DNA from: an uncultured Armatimonadia bacterium
GTDB lineage: Bacteria > Armatimonadota > Zipacnadia > CAVVLO01
Direction: 5' to 3'
DNA length: 64,000 bases
Assembly (NCBI GenBank): GCA_963749155.1
Contig: CAVVLO010000001.1
Span: 608,001 to 672,000 of the forward strand
The notes under the pieces were generated by a model. It worked only from the letters and a program-made list of their open reading frames with translations, was not told the origin of the DNA and searched no databases. Positions 49,906 through 60,180 of this stretch are shown piece by piece; position 1 is the first letter of the stretch, and every line of letters begins with the position of its first letter. The position numbers and the translations under genes were made by a program.

Positions 49906-50955
49906 ATGTCAGCAAAACCCACAACCAGCCAGACATCTAATTTGTTCCAGGCAACGCTTTTGCGTTTCGCCCTCCTCTTTCTTGTGGCGCTTGGTGTCGC
50001 GGTGCTGGGCCTTTGCCTGGGCGGTGTAAAGGTTTCCTTTGCAGACCTTTCCGAGGCTCTCAAGTTGCTCTTTACTCAGCCTTCGCGCCTTGATGAAGCC
50101 ACCGGTCCTGTGGGGATGTTACTCAACCTGCGCCTCCCCCGAGTGCTCCTTGCCTTTGTGGTCGGCGCCGCTCTGTCACTTTCTGGAGCAGCCTTTCAGG
50201 GCCTCTTGCGCAATCCCCTTGCCGACCCTTATGTCGTGGGGATATCTTCCGGTGCCGCGCTCGGAGCCAGTTTTGCCATCGTGATGGGACTCAAAGCCAC
50301 CTTCGCCGGCCTGGGTGTGCCTGTCATCGCTTTCTGCTTCGCGCTTGCCACGATGCTCGGAGTCTATTCGCTTGCCCACCTGGCTCGCGGCAGCTTCTCG
50401 GAGAGCTTCCTGCTGGTCGGCGTCGTCACAGGGACCACGCTCTGGGCGCTTGTGATGCTCTTGCTCAGCCTTTCCGGTCGGTATCTGCAAGAGGTTATTT
50501 TCTGGCTGATGGGTACCCTCTCCACCGCCGACTTCCAACTGCTGGGGATGGCTACCGGCGTCACCCTGATTGGGGGCGCTGGCCTGCTCTACCTGGCGCG
50601 CGATCTTAACAGCCTGGCCTTCGGAGAGGAATCCGCCGCCTTGATGGGCTCGGATGTCGTCCGGGTGCGTACCTGGGTCATTTTATTTGCCTCCTTCCTT
50701 GTCGGAGGAGCCGTCTCGGCTGCCGGCATCATTGGTTTCGTCGGCCTGATTGTGCCTCATTCGGCCAGGCGCCTTATCGGCCCCGACCACCGAGTGCTGC
50801 TGCCCTTCTCGGCGCTACTTGGGGGCGCCTTCCTTGCCGCCGCCGATTTGCTGGCGCGCACACTAATCCCACCAAATGAACTCCCTGTAGGCGTTATCAC
50901 TTCCTTGCTTGGCGGACCGCTGTTTTGTTATCTGCTGGTCCGCGCGCGGAGGTGA
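49906..50955 (+). CDS. FecCD/BtuC-family ABC permease (cobalamin, siderophore or heme)
   Basis: LRLPR, QGLLRNPLADP..GISSGA, FWLMG, GIIGFVGLIVPH and ELPVG motifs. Confidence 0.93.
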   Translation: MSAKPTTSQTSNLFQATLLRFALLFLVALGVAVLGLCLGGVKVSFADLSEALKLLFTQPSRLDEATGPVGMLLNLRLPRVLLAFVVGAALSLSGAAFQGLLRNPLADPYVVGISSGAALGASFAIVMGLKATFAGLGVPVIAFCFALATMLGVYSLAHLARGSFSESFLLVGVVTGTTLWALVMLLLSLSGRYLQEVIFWLMGTLSTADFQLLGMATGVTLIGGAGLLYLARDLNSLAFGEESAALMGSDVVRVRTWVILFASFLVGGAVSAAGIIGFVGLIVPHSARRLIGPDHRVLLPFSALLGGAFLAAADLLARTLIPPNELPVGVITSLLGGPLFCYLLVRARR

Positions 50956-50960
50956 AACTT

Positions 50961-52222
50961 ATGAAGGCCGTCCAGGTTTCTGCGCTTTCGACCAGTTACG
51001 CGACAGGTTTCGAACTTGAAAACATCTCGCTCTCACTCGAGCAGGGCGCTTTCGTTGGGTTAATTGGGCCAAACGGCGCAGGCAAATCCACCTTGCTCAA
51101 GACCATCGGCGGCCTGCTCAAGCCGAAATCAGGCGCTATCTCGATACTGGAGAAGCCTCTGACCTCCTTTTCGCGCCGCGAACTTGCCCAGGTACTCGCC
51201 GGGGTGATGCAGGAACACCAGCTTCCCTTTGATTTTTCGGTTGAAGAGACCGTCCTGATGGGGCGTAATCCCTATCTGGGCCGGCTTCAGAGAGAAGGTC
51301 CCGCCGATTTTGCCGCCGCCCAGCAGGCAATGCGCCTTGCGAATGTGCAGTCTCTGAGCGAGCGCAAACTGTCCGAGCTTAGCGGGGGAGAGCGTCAGCG
51401 AGTAATGCTCGCGCGGGCTCTGGCCCAGGGCCCTAAAGTATTGCTGCTTGATGAGCCTACCTCTCACCTCGACCTGTTGCACCAGCTCGAGCTGATGGAG
51501 ATACTACGCGACCTCAATCACACTCAGGGCCTGACCTTGCTGGTCGCTCTTCACGAACTCAACCTGGCCGCCCGTTACTGTGACACCTTGCTGGCGCTGA
51601 AGGGGGGCAGGCTTCTTTGCTCCGGCCCACCTGCCGAGGTGCTTACTCCAGAGCGCCTCGTCGAGCTTTTCGGGGTCAGCGTGGACGTGCGTCAGAGCCG
51701 CCGGACTGGCCGCCCCGAGGTGCTGATGGGCAGCGCGCGGCCTGCCCTTCACTACGAAGCAACCGGTGCTGGCCGCAAGCTGCACGTCTTCTGCGGAGGA
51801 GGCAGCGCCGCCCCCTTCCTCTCGGAACTCTCTCGCCAGGGTTTCGAGCTTTCTGTCGGCCCGGTGAACCTGGGCGATTCAGACCACCAACTTGCCCGGG
51901 AGCTGGGCGCCGAAGTCGCTGTAGAACAGCCCTTCTCGCCGCTTGGAGAGGGGGTTCTCGCTGAAGCCACCCGGTCTTGCCGTCGCCGCTGACGTTGATG
52001 ATTTTTGCCGCTACCCCAATCAGCCAGGGCAATCTGGCCAGCCTGAAACTGGCTCGCCAGCTCCAGCAAGCGCATAAGCCTCTTATCCTGTGGGGAAATT
52101 TCACAGGATGTGACTTCACCGGGACTGGCGAGGCCGAGGACTTGCTAACTGGCCTTGAAGAGGCCGGCGCCTTGCGCGCCGAAGGCCTTCCTGACCTGCT
52201 TTCCTTGCTGACCACTCTTTAG
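50961..52222 (+). CDS. FepC/BtuD-family ABC ATPase with C-terminal extension (probably two +1 breaks at 51972-51993)
   Basis: GPNGAGKSTL, LSGGERQR, LLDEPTSHLD and LHELNLA. The extension HVFCGGGS...D and TP...GN continues in ORF 51977..52222. Confidence 0.88.
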
Positions 52223-52247
52223 ATTTACTCTCTTTCTAATCTCGCTG

Positions 52248-52273
52248 TGAACCTTCCCCTGCGCCTCTTCGTC
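52248..52273 (+). promoter_or_regulatory. ECF sigma-type promoter
   Basis: TGAACC, 16-nt spacer, CGTC, matching the AAC/CGT ECF consensus. Confidence 0.55.
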
Positions 52274-52321
52274 TGCATATTCAGCAATGCGGTTTGGGAA
52301 TCTAATGGGGAGGAGTAACAG

Positions 52322-53333
52322 ATGAAGTTGAACAGGTTTTTGGCAGTTGCCGCGGTTGGAGCCTTGCTGGTGATGGCCGTCGCCAGTTTTGCCCAGCCCG
52401 GCCCGATGGGGCCAGCAGGGCCCGCAATGGGGCCAAGGCCCGGTCAGATGGGTTTCGGCATGGGCCGAGGTATGGGCCAGATGGGTCCTGGACTGGGGCA
52501 GGGATTTGGTCAGCGTGGGGGGCGTCAGCAACTCGGTAATCTCATCACCACGCCTCAACAGGCCATGATGGTGCTGGTAGCTGCCAAACTCGATGAGCGC
52601 GAACTCAAGGCAGCCCTGGCCCTCGTGGAAGCCCATCAAAAAGACGTCCAGAAGACACTTGAACTGTTCCGCAAGGCCGATACGCCAGAGCAGAAGCGCG
52701 CAGTTCTGGAACGCGCTCGCCAGAATACCGAGAAAGCTGCACAGCGTCTTGCCAAGCTCTTTGTCCGCGATGACGATGGGAAGCCCGGTGAGCAGCTTGT
52801 GCGAGCGTATGGCTCAGGCTCTCGACAAAGTCCGCGAGCTTTCCGATGAAGAATGGCAGCGCACCAAGCGGCAATTTGTGATGCGTTTCCTCAGCCAGCA
52901 CCGGCCCGGTCCGATGGGCCCTCAGCCTGGCATGGGCGCCGGCCCGATGGGGCAGCCCGGTATGGGAAGGGGCCAGGGTCAGCTGGGTCAGCCAGGCATG
53001 GGAAAGGGCCGCGGTCAGCTGGGCCAGGGCCAGCAGTCGCCCGAAATCGCCAAGGTTGCTGGGCTTGCGCTTGCGCTCTTCGAGAAAGCTCGCAAAATGC
53101 CTCCCAGCGAGTACCGCGACAACCGCGATAACCTCGCTACCAAGCTGGCCAAGCTGCTTGCGCGCGGGGCAGAGATGAACAAGCTGGATCCTGAGCGCGC
53201 GGCGATGGTTGTCCTGCGTTGCCCGCAGAGTCCTCAGATTATCCAGCGGCTTCTTGAGGGCGGCCCCAGGGACTGGACTCCTCGTCAGCCCGGTGGTCGT
53301 CAGTGGCGGCAGGGTGGACCAGGCGCGGCCTGA
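52322..53333 (+). CDS. Exported protein with Gly/Met/Gln/Pro low-complexity tracts and helical domains (+1 break near 52797)
   Basis: SD GGAGGAG, signal peptide ending ASFA. Joins ORFs 52322..52849 and 52593..53333. Confidence 0.75.
52950..53021 (+). repeat. 36-nt imperfect tandem coding repeat (GQPGMGRGQGQL / GQPGMGKGRGQL)
   Basis: GGGCAGCCCGGTATGGGAAGGGGCCAGGGTCAGCTG followed by GGTCAGCCAGGCATGGGAAAGGGCCGCGGTCAGCTG. Confidence 0.8.
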
Positions 53334-53360
53334 CGGCAGTTCTGCGTCTCATCCTGTCTC

Positions 53361-53402
53361 AAATAAAAAGGCGGGAGCCAACTCGGCTCCCGCCTTCTCT
53401 TT
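53361..53402. terminator. Bidirectional intrinsic terminator
   Basis: Perfect 12-bp stem AAGGCGGGAGCC-AACTC-GGCTCCCGCCTT flanked by A-rich and T-rich tails, between convergent genes. Confidence 0.9.
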
Positions 53403-53422
53403 CGTTGTTGTTTTGGCTTCCT

Positions 53423-54397
53423 TTAGCCTGCCCAGCCTGGCCTTGCCAGATTGCTAAGCTGCCGGGCGTTGCTTCCATCGCTGTTCATCAGCCAAATTTG
53501 CGGGGTCTTTGTGGCATCACTTCGCACGAAGGCGATAGTCCTGCCATCCGGTGCGATTGCGAATCTCGCCGGAGAAGGCCGCGCGTCAGGCGCGAATACT
53601 TCTGGCGCTCCTCCCGCGCTTACCCGGTAGAAACTGGAAAACAGCGTCCCTGTCTGCCTTCGCGCCAGCACAATCAGATTGCGCGAGTCTGGCAGCCATC
53701 TCACAGCCCAATCCGAGCGCCCAAGTGGCGCCCAGGTGGTCAGTTCGCTTGTCCGACCACTTGCCAAATCCAGGCTCAGACAGGCAATTGTCGGTCCTTC
53801 AGGTCGCGCACCTGCGCGCTCAGCCTCCAGCCGGATAGCCCTTAGCGCCAGGGCATCCCCAGCCGGCGCCGCGTCCAGGTCCAGTGCCCAGGTGGAAGGC
53901 AGGTTGTAACTTTTGACAAGCTCGCCTGAAAGCCGCTGCACGACCAGCCCCCGCGTGCTCGAACCATAGGCTATACGCTGCCCATCGCGAAAAAAGGCTG
54001 GGCACCAGGTTAGTTCTTCTCCCTGGCCTGGCAGCGAAGTCTCGGTGCCGCTGGCCAGGTCCATCAGCTTTATTTGCTGCTTGCCGGGTTCACTTGACGA
54101 GCTGAACGCCAGCCTGGCTCCATCAGGCGAAAAAGCCGGATAGGTGTCCCAGCGCTGTCCACTTGTAAGCTGCTTGATACTTTCGGGCGAGGCCACGGTC
54201 AAAAGGTAAACCTGTTGACTTGTCAGGGCTTCACGATTCGCCACGAAGGCGAGGTGGCGCCCATCCGGGCTGAAGGCCAGCCCATCAATAACATATTCTT
54301 TTGGCCTGGCTTGCAGCGGTCCCGGCGGCTGGGGCTGCCCCAGCGCAGGGAAAACCGCTATAATGATGAATATGAGAAGGAGTCGGAGGCTTCTCAT
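53423..54397 (-). CDS. TolB-like PD40 beta-propeller exported protein
   Basis: Repeated AFSPDG..LAF motifs, QIWLMNSDGSNARQL, signal peptide from ATG 54397 with SD GAGGAGG. Confidence 0.87.
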   Translation of the reverse strand: MRSLRLLLIFIIIAVFPALGQPQPPGPLQARPKEYVIDGLAFSPDGRHLAFVANREALTSQQVYLLTVASPESIKQLTSGQRWDTYPAFSPDGARLAFSSSSEPGKQQIKLMDLASGTETSLPGQGEELTWCPAFFRDGQRIAYGSSTRGLVVQRLSGELVKSYNLPSTWALDLDAAPAGDALALRAIRLEAERAGARPEGPTIACLSLDLASGRTSELTTWAPLGRSDWAVRWLPDSRNLIVLARRQTGTLFSSFYRVSAGGAPEVFAPDARPSPARFAIAPDGRTIAFVRSDATKTPQIWLMNSDGSNARQLSNLARPGWAG

Positions 54398-54514
54398 TGT
54401 TTTTTCCTCCTCTGGCTGCGCCAATGATACCACAGCCCGCTCTGGCTAGTTGGACCTTCTAACTTGCCCCGGGTTGCTGGCCACAAGTTGTAATAACGAG
54501 GTGACTGAAGCCCG

Positions 54515-56525
54515 GTGAGCTCAACTGATAATCAACCTGCTGAGATAACTCGCACCGACCACCCCGAGTTGTCACCTCGTAGACCAATTTATTTCCTGGG
54601 CGCAATCCTCGTCGCCCTGCTCGCGCTCGTAGTCTCTTACTCCGAGCTTGTTGTCAGCCGCGGCGGCAGCGTAAATGCTATCCTGCTTGGTGCTACTCAC
54701 CTGCCTGCAGGGGCGCTCGCTTTCCTGCTCCTGATACTGGGCGCCAACTCGCTGCTGCACCGTTTCTTTCCCAAACTGGCCTTGCGCCCTCACGAAATAA
54801 CTCTGCTTTATTCAATGCTCATCGTGACCGCGCTGATGTCGTCTTTCTCATATCTGGCCCAGGTTATGCCTACCCTCGCAGGCATCAACTATTTCGGTTC
54901 GCCAGAAAATAAATGGGAAGACCTGCTTTACGGCAATCTAAGACAATGGCTGGTACCCTGGGACGTCGGCGCAGGCGCGAAGCAGCCCTTCATCAGAGAC
55001 TATTATGAGGGCCTTTTCTATGGTCAGCCCATCCCTTATACGCGCTGGCTGCCTGCCCTCGGCGCCTGGTCCATATTCGCTCTGGCCCTTTATGGCCTTA
55101 TGGCTTGCCTTTCGGTACTTATTCGCAAGCAGTGGGTAGACAACGAGAAGCTCTCCTTCCCCCTGGTCCAGCTACCGCTCGAGATGATCAAGGACGAGAC
55201 GCGCCCTTCCTTCTTCCGCAACCGCCTGATGTGGATTGGCTTTGGCATACCCTTCGTCATCCACGCCATAAATGGCTTCCACCAGTTCTTTCCAGCGGTG
55301 CCGCAGCTCACCCTTATCTATACCCTCAATCAGTATTTCACGACCAAGCCCTGGAACCAGATGCAAATCATCTTCATCATATTCTCCTTCGCGGTAATAG
55401 GACTTGGCTTCCTGCTGCCGCGCGATGTCGGCTTCTCCTTCTGGTTCTTCTTCCTCTTTGCCCGTCTGCAGGATGTCATTGCGTCTTTCTTCGGCGCCGA
55501 GATGGGCGGGATGCCTGTCTATCCTGCGTATGCCTACATCGGTTATCAATCGGTAGGCGCCTCCATCGTGGTGGGCCTGGGGATGCTGTGGCTCGGGCGT
55601 AGCAACTTCAAAGGACATCCTGAAGGGCGTCTGGCCAAAACGCGAACAGCCTGACTCCAGCGCCGAGGTTATGACTTACCGGAAAGCCTTCTGGGGTGCC
55701 GTGCTTTCGCTTGCAATAATGGTCACCTGGCTTAGCCTTGCGGGGATGAGCTGGCAACTTGGACTTGCTCTGATGCTCATATTCCTCTTCTTCGTTGTTC
55801 TGCCAATGACACGTTCGGTGTCCGAGATAGGCCTGCTGATGCTTCAAGGCCTTTTCCGTCCCATCGATGTCCTCAACCTGGTGATGAAGCGCTCTGCCCT
55901 TGGCCCGCGCAACCTGACCGTGATGTCTCTGGTGGATGGGATCTTCTACCGCGACCCGCGCATCATAATGCCCGCCCTGCTTGACGGGCAGAAGATGGCT
56001 GGCGAGACCCGCCTGGCAAAGCGCCATCTGCTGCCAGGGCTTATAACCGGCGTCCTCGTGACCCTGGTCGTTGGAGGGCTTTTCCAGCTTACCCTCGTCT
56101 ATCGCCATGGCGGCATCAACTGCAATAGCTGGTTCCTGCTCTCCAACCCGACTCTCTACTTTAACGAAAGCGTCGGCCTGCTGACCGGCCGGGAGAAATT
56201 CAGCTTTTTCCAGCTTGGTTGGGCAAGCGCCGGTGCCGCCTTTACTGTCTTCCTCTACTTTATGCGCGCCCGGTTCTGGTGGTGGCCCTTCCATCCTCTG
56301 GCTTACGCCCTGGCGCCCGCCTGGCCTGGAATCGTCTACTGGTTTAGCTATTTCCTCGGCTGGCTGGCCCGTACTTTCTTGCAGAAATACGGCGGAATAA
56401 AAGTCTATCGCCGCTCCAGGGCGCTCTTCCTCGGCCTTATTCTGGGAGAGTTCTCTGCCGCCCTGGTTTGGGGCCTTGTTAGCGCTATCACCGGTGTGCC
56501 CGCGCCCTATATCCCGCTGGTCTAA
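54515..56525 (+). CDS. DUF6785/DUF6784 polytopic membrane protein (putative transporter), +1 break near 55610
   Basis: RKQWVDNEKLSFPLVQLP, IGLGFLLP.DV.FS.WFF, RFWWWPFHPLAY and KYGG...YRR...LFLGLILGEF. Joins 54515..55654 and 55671..56525. Confidence 0.75.
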
Positions 56526-56527
56526 CG

Positions 56528-57292
56528 ATGCTGACGCGTACCTTCATCCATCTGCCGCACGTTGGAGAGGCCACTGAGCGCAAGCTCTGGCGCCTTGGCT
56601 TGCACGACTGGGATTCGGGCCGGGCCTGTGTGGCGGAAGGCAAGGTAAAAGGCGCCCTGGCCGACCGCCTGGCCGAAGGACTTGAAGCTTCGCAAGATCG
56701 CCTTGCTGCGCGTGACGCCAGCTATTTCGCCAGTGCTTTACTGCCTCGTGACCACTGGCGCGCCTGGCCCGAATTCGGCGACCAGGTCGCCTTCGTGGAT
56801 ATCGAGACCACCGGCTGCGACCACTGGAGCGCCATCACCGTCATCGGTATCTGGGATGGCGTAGAGGTGCGTCAATATGTCAAAGGCCACAATCTGGAAG
56901 AAGCCAAAGACGACCTTGCGCGTTTCCCTCTGCTTGTGACCTTCAACGGCGCCTGCTTCGATTTGCCTTTCATTTATCGAGAGCTGGGCCCACTTGCAAC
57001 TGAGCCTCTGCATATTGACCTTCGTTTCGCTCTCAAGCGGGTCGGTTACGGCGGCGGTCTCAAGAGCGTCGAACACCAGCTTGGCCTGTCACGCAGCGAC
57101 GAGACAACTGGCCTCGACGGGATGGACGCCGTGCGCCTCTGGCAGGAATATCGCCACGGCCGAAAAGCTTCTCTTGACCTGCTGCTCGCCTACAATGCCG
57201 AGGATATCGTGAATCTTGAACCGCTCGCTCAGACCGCCTACGAGTTGCTGCGCCAGGCCGCCCGCCATCCAGCCGACGTTAGCGCGCCCTGA
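56528..57292 (+). CDS. YprB-like RNase H-fold (RNase_H_2) exonuclease with N-terminal HhH
   Basis: TF.HLP.VG...E..LW, FVDIETTG, VTFNG..FDLP, GGLKSVE and YNAEDI motifs. Confidence 0.88.
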   Translation: MLTRTFIHLPHVGEATERKLWRLGLHDWDSGRACVAEGKVKGALADRLAEGLEASQDRLAARDASYFASALLPRDHWRAWPEFGDQVAFVDIETTGCDHWSAITVIGIWDGVEVRQYVKGHNLEEAKDDLARFPLLVTFNGACFDLPFIYRELGPLATEPLHIDLRFALKRVGYGGGLKSVEHQLGLSRSDETTGLDGMDAVRLWQEYRHGRKASLDLLLAYNAEDIVNLEPLAQTAYELLRQAARHPADVSAP

Positions 57293-60124
57293 CGACTGCC
57301 ATTGCGGCGATCTCGAGCCCGACCTTCCCATCCCACCACAGGCGGAACTCCGCCGACGCCTCGGGCTCATCCCAGATGAAGGGCACCGCCACTGTTACCC
57401 ACTCGCCCACCTGAGGGAAGTCTTCAGCCTTCAGTAACGCAGCTCGCCCGCCGGCGTATTGCTGCCCGCATAGCCGCCCTGGTTGATGTCCAGCTTGCCG
57501 ATTGGCCCAGTCGCCTCATCTAGCGCCCTCAGCTTCACCAGCAATGTATACTGCCCCTCTGGGAAGCCCACATAAGGGCCATAGATTGCGTGCGCCGCCT
57601 CGTCCTGCCCGGGCTGCACAATCCAGCTGCCCTCATCGCCCGGAGAGCCTGTCACATGCTTCAAAGAGGCCGCTGAGTAGAAAGCCACCTCCTCAAGCTC
57701 CTCCGGCAGGCTCTCTGCCGGGGTGGGGAAGACCGTCACCGGCAGGCTGAAGCTGAAACTGTCGCCCTCCGTCATCGCAGAAAGCGCAAGTACTGGCGCC
57801 TCGGCGCCTTCCTCTGCCTGCGCTCGCAGACGCACGTTGCCAGTTGCGTAAGGCTCAAGCACTGGCGACTGGGTTGCTAGCTCAACCTGCAGCCCCTCGC
57901 CTTCTGCTTCAAGCTCCGGTGACACTGTCATATCGAAGGTGTTCTGCAACGGAAGGGCCAGCTCTACCTCGCGCCCTTCGATGACTCCAACCCGCCAGCC
58001 TGCGAAGAAGGGCGACTCCCCAAGTAGCAGCTTGCCCAGGTATGCCTCCTTCACCAGTTCGACCAAAGTGTCGAGTCTCACGGCCTCATACTCCTCGGAG
58101 GGCAGCCGGTCCAGCAGCTCAATCGAGGTCTTCATCACATCGTGGAAATAGTGCAGGTCGGCGTAAACCAGCATAAAGCAGGGCTTGGGCAGCCCTTCGG
58201 CCATCGCTTGCATCCGCTCGGCCATCTCGTCCAGTGCCGCCTTGCGCTGGTCCGGATCATCAAAGACCGCTCGCCAATTCGCGCCTGCCACCCCGCTCTG
58301 CCAGTAGCCAAAGCTCTCGAACACCACCGGCGTCCCGTTCGACGTGATATAGACCCTTGGCGCGCTGCCCATATGCGTCAGTGCCAGGGGCCTGGCCGCC
58401 TCTGCGTATTCGGCCAGCACATCGGCCCGGTCACCCTGCCAGAGGTCAAGGATATGGATATCCGCCTTCTCGGCCAGGCGCCCAGTATGCGCAGCGAACT
58501 CCCCCACGTTAGGCATCACGTTGGGGTAGGTATAGCCCGCCCCGGAGCAGCCTGCAAAGAAGTAATCTTGCGGTGTCGCCTCATCGTAGTACCACTCCAG
58601 CATCGCCGGAAACTGCTCTGCCATCAGCGGGTTGATGCCCCAGTTCATTGGCAGCTCACCGCGCTGCGGATCGTCCCAGCCGCCGAACCCAAAGGGGATG
58701 GGAAACTTCATCGTGTCCCCTTCGCTGGTCATAAAAGCGATATAGACCTTCTCCTCGAGAGCCGGTGTCGGGGGAGGAGCGGTCTGATGAAACTCCGGCT
58801 TGTTGGCTGGCACCTGTGAGTAGAAGCTCCAGTTGGCCCCAAAGTGGAAGCTGTAATGGCCAGCCTTCGAGATGGTAGTGCAGTAGACGTCCTCCGGCTC
58901 GCCATACCCCACGATCTGGCAAGGCGACTCAAGCGCCGAGAGGAACCGCTCGAACAACTCCACCTCTTCCGGGCTGCCTCCCACAAGCCGGTTGCCGTAG
59001 GTGGGCTTCACTTCGGGAGAAGCCGTCAGGTTCCACAGTGGCCCGCGCTGCATCACCACCCAGTCGAAGCCATCGAAGGGGCCGCATCCCGTCGGTATAC
59101 CATCATGGTCATAATCGCCCGAGTACGCATACTGCTTGTTGCAGCGAGGCACAAGCTCCTCAAGTGCCCACCGGTAGTACTCGGCGCTGGTTTCGAATTT
59201 GCCGCGCAGGTCTTCTACGACCGGCAGCCCAGGCCCGGTAAGTGGTGGTCGTTCTATTTGTGGCGGTCGGTTACCTTCGGCATCGCAGGGGGAGAGAGAC
59301 CGCCATACCACCCAGCCGCCTTCGCTCAGGATATGCAACTGGATAAGCCCAAAGCTCATCTGGCCCGAGCGGCCAGTCAGTTCCTTCAGGTTGTATCGGA
59401 TTACGCCCGGATTGGTCTCCCCAGGCAGCCCTAAATCATCCTTTTCACCGGCTACAGCGCCATCTCCGTCCCTGTCCCAGGACAGCTTCAGCGCCCATAG
59501 TCCCTGGCAAGCGGAGACCTCCACTTCCAGATAGGGGTATTTATCGAGGTCCCAGCCCGCATTTGGGAGGCTGAGGAAACTCCAGGGGTCTGAGGGATTG
59601 CCTTCGGTCAGCCTCGCCCCCTCAGGGGTTGCCTCCAGCTTCGCACCGGCCGCTTTATTCCACAGAGCCAGGTCTTCCGGCTCAAAACGCGTACCGGCAA
59701 ACTGCGCGCCCGCGTTAAAGCCCGGAGTTTTGCCGGTCATAATAGCTTCCGTCACCGGCACGAGATTCTCCAGTCCCGCCAGCGTCAGGGCTGTCCAGCG
59801 CGCTCCGTCGGGCGCTTCGGGATAGACCACTAGCCCCTTGAGGTCGTCTTTGAAGGCCTCAAACAGACTCCTCAGGTCGGGGACAGGCGTAAATTGGCAA
59901 TCGTAACGTTCCTCATATATGCGCTGCCAGCGCCGGTCGTTCAACCCATCTCTTATGACGAACAACCTCGGCCCTTGCCGGTTCACCAGTCCTTGCAGGC
60001 TCATCACCGTTACCTGCTCGTTCCAGGTAAGGCGGCTGATATCCATTACACGAGCCTGTATGCTTGCATGCGCATATACGCATATAAGCAAAAAGAACAG
60101 TGTGAAAAGAGGGAGCAGCTTCAT
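57279..60124 (-). CDS. GxGYxYP-family putative glycoside hydrolase, secreted, with C-terminal CBM-like domain (frame break near 57440)
   Basis: SLQGLVNR..PRL, SEGD, W.DP.RG.LPMNW and SGAGYTYP. After the apparent stop, another frame reads LLKAEDFPQVGEW...EFRLWWDG...RAR* to 57279, completing the YGPY...G.Y domain. Confidence 0.8.
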
Positions 60125-60180
60125 CAGGGCCTCCGCAGGGCTTCTCGTTACAACCAGCCACTAGTTGGCTCTACAGGCAG

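Noticed and set aside
51985..52000. TGA read-through (selenocysteine) in the ABC ATPase or the redox genes
   Set aside because: The downstream coding sequence is in a different frame, so indels explain it. No in-frame TGA at a Cys position was found.
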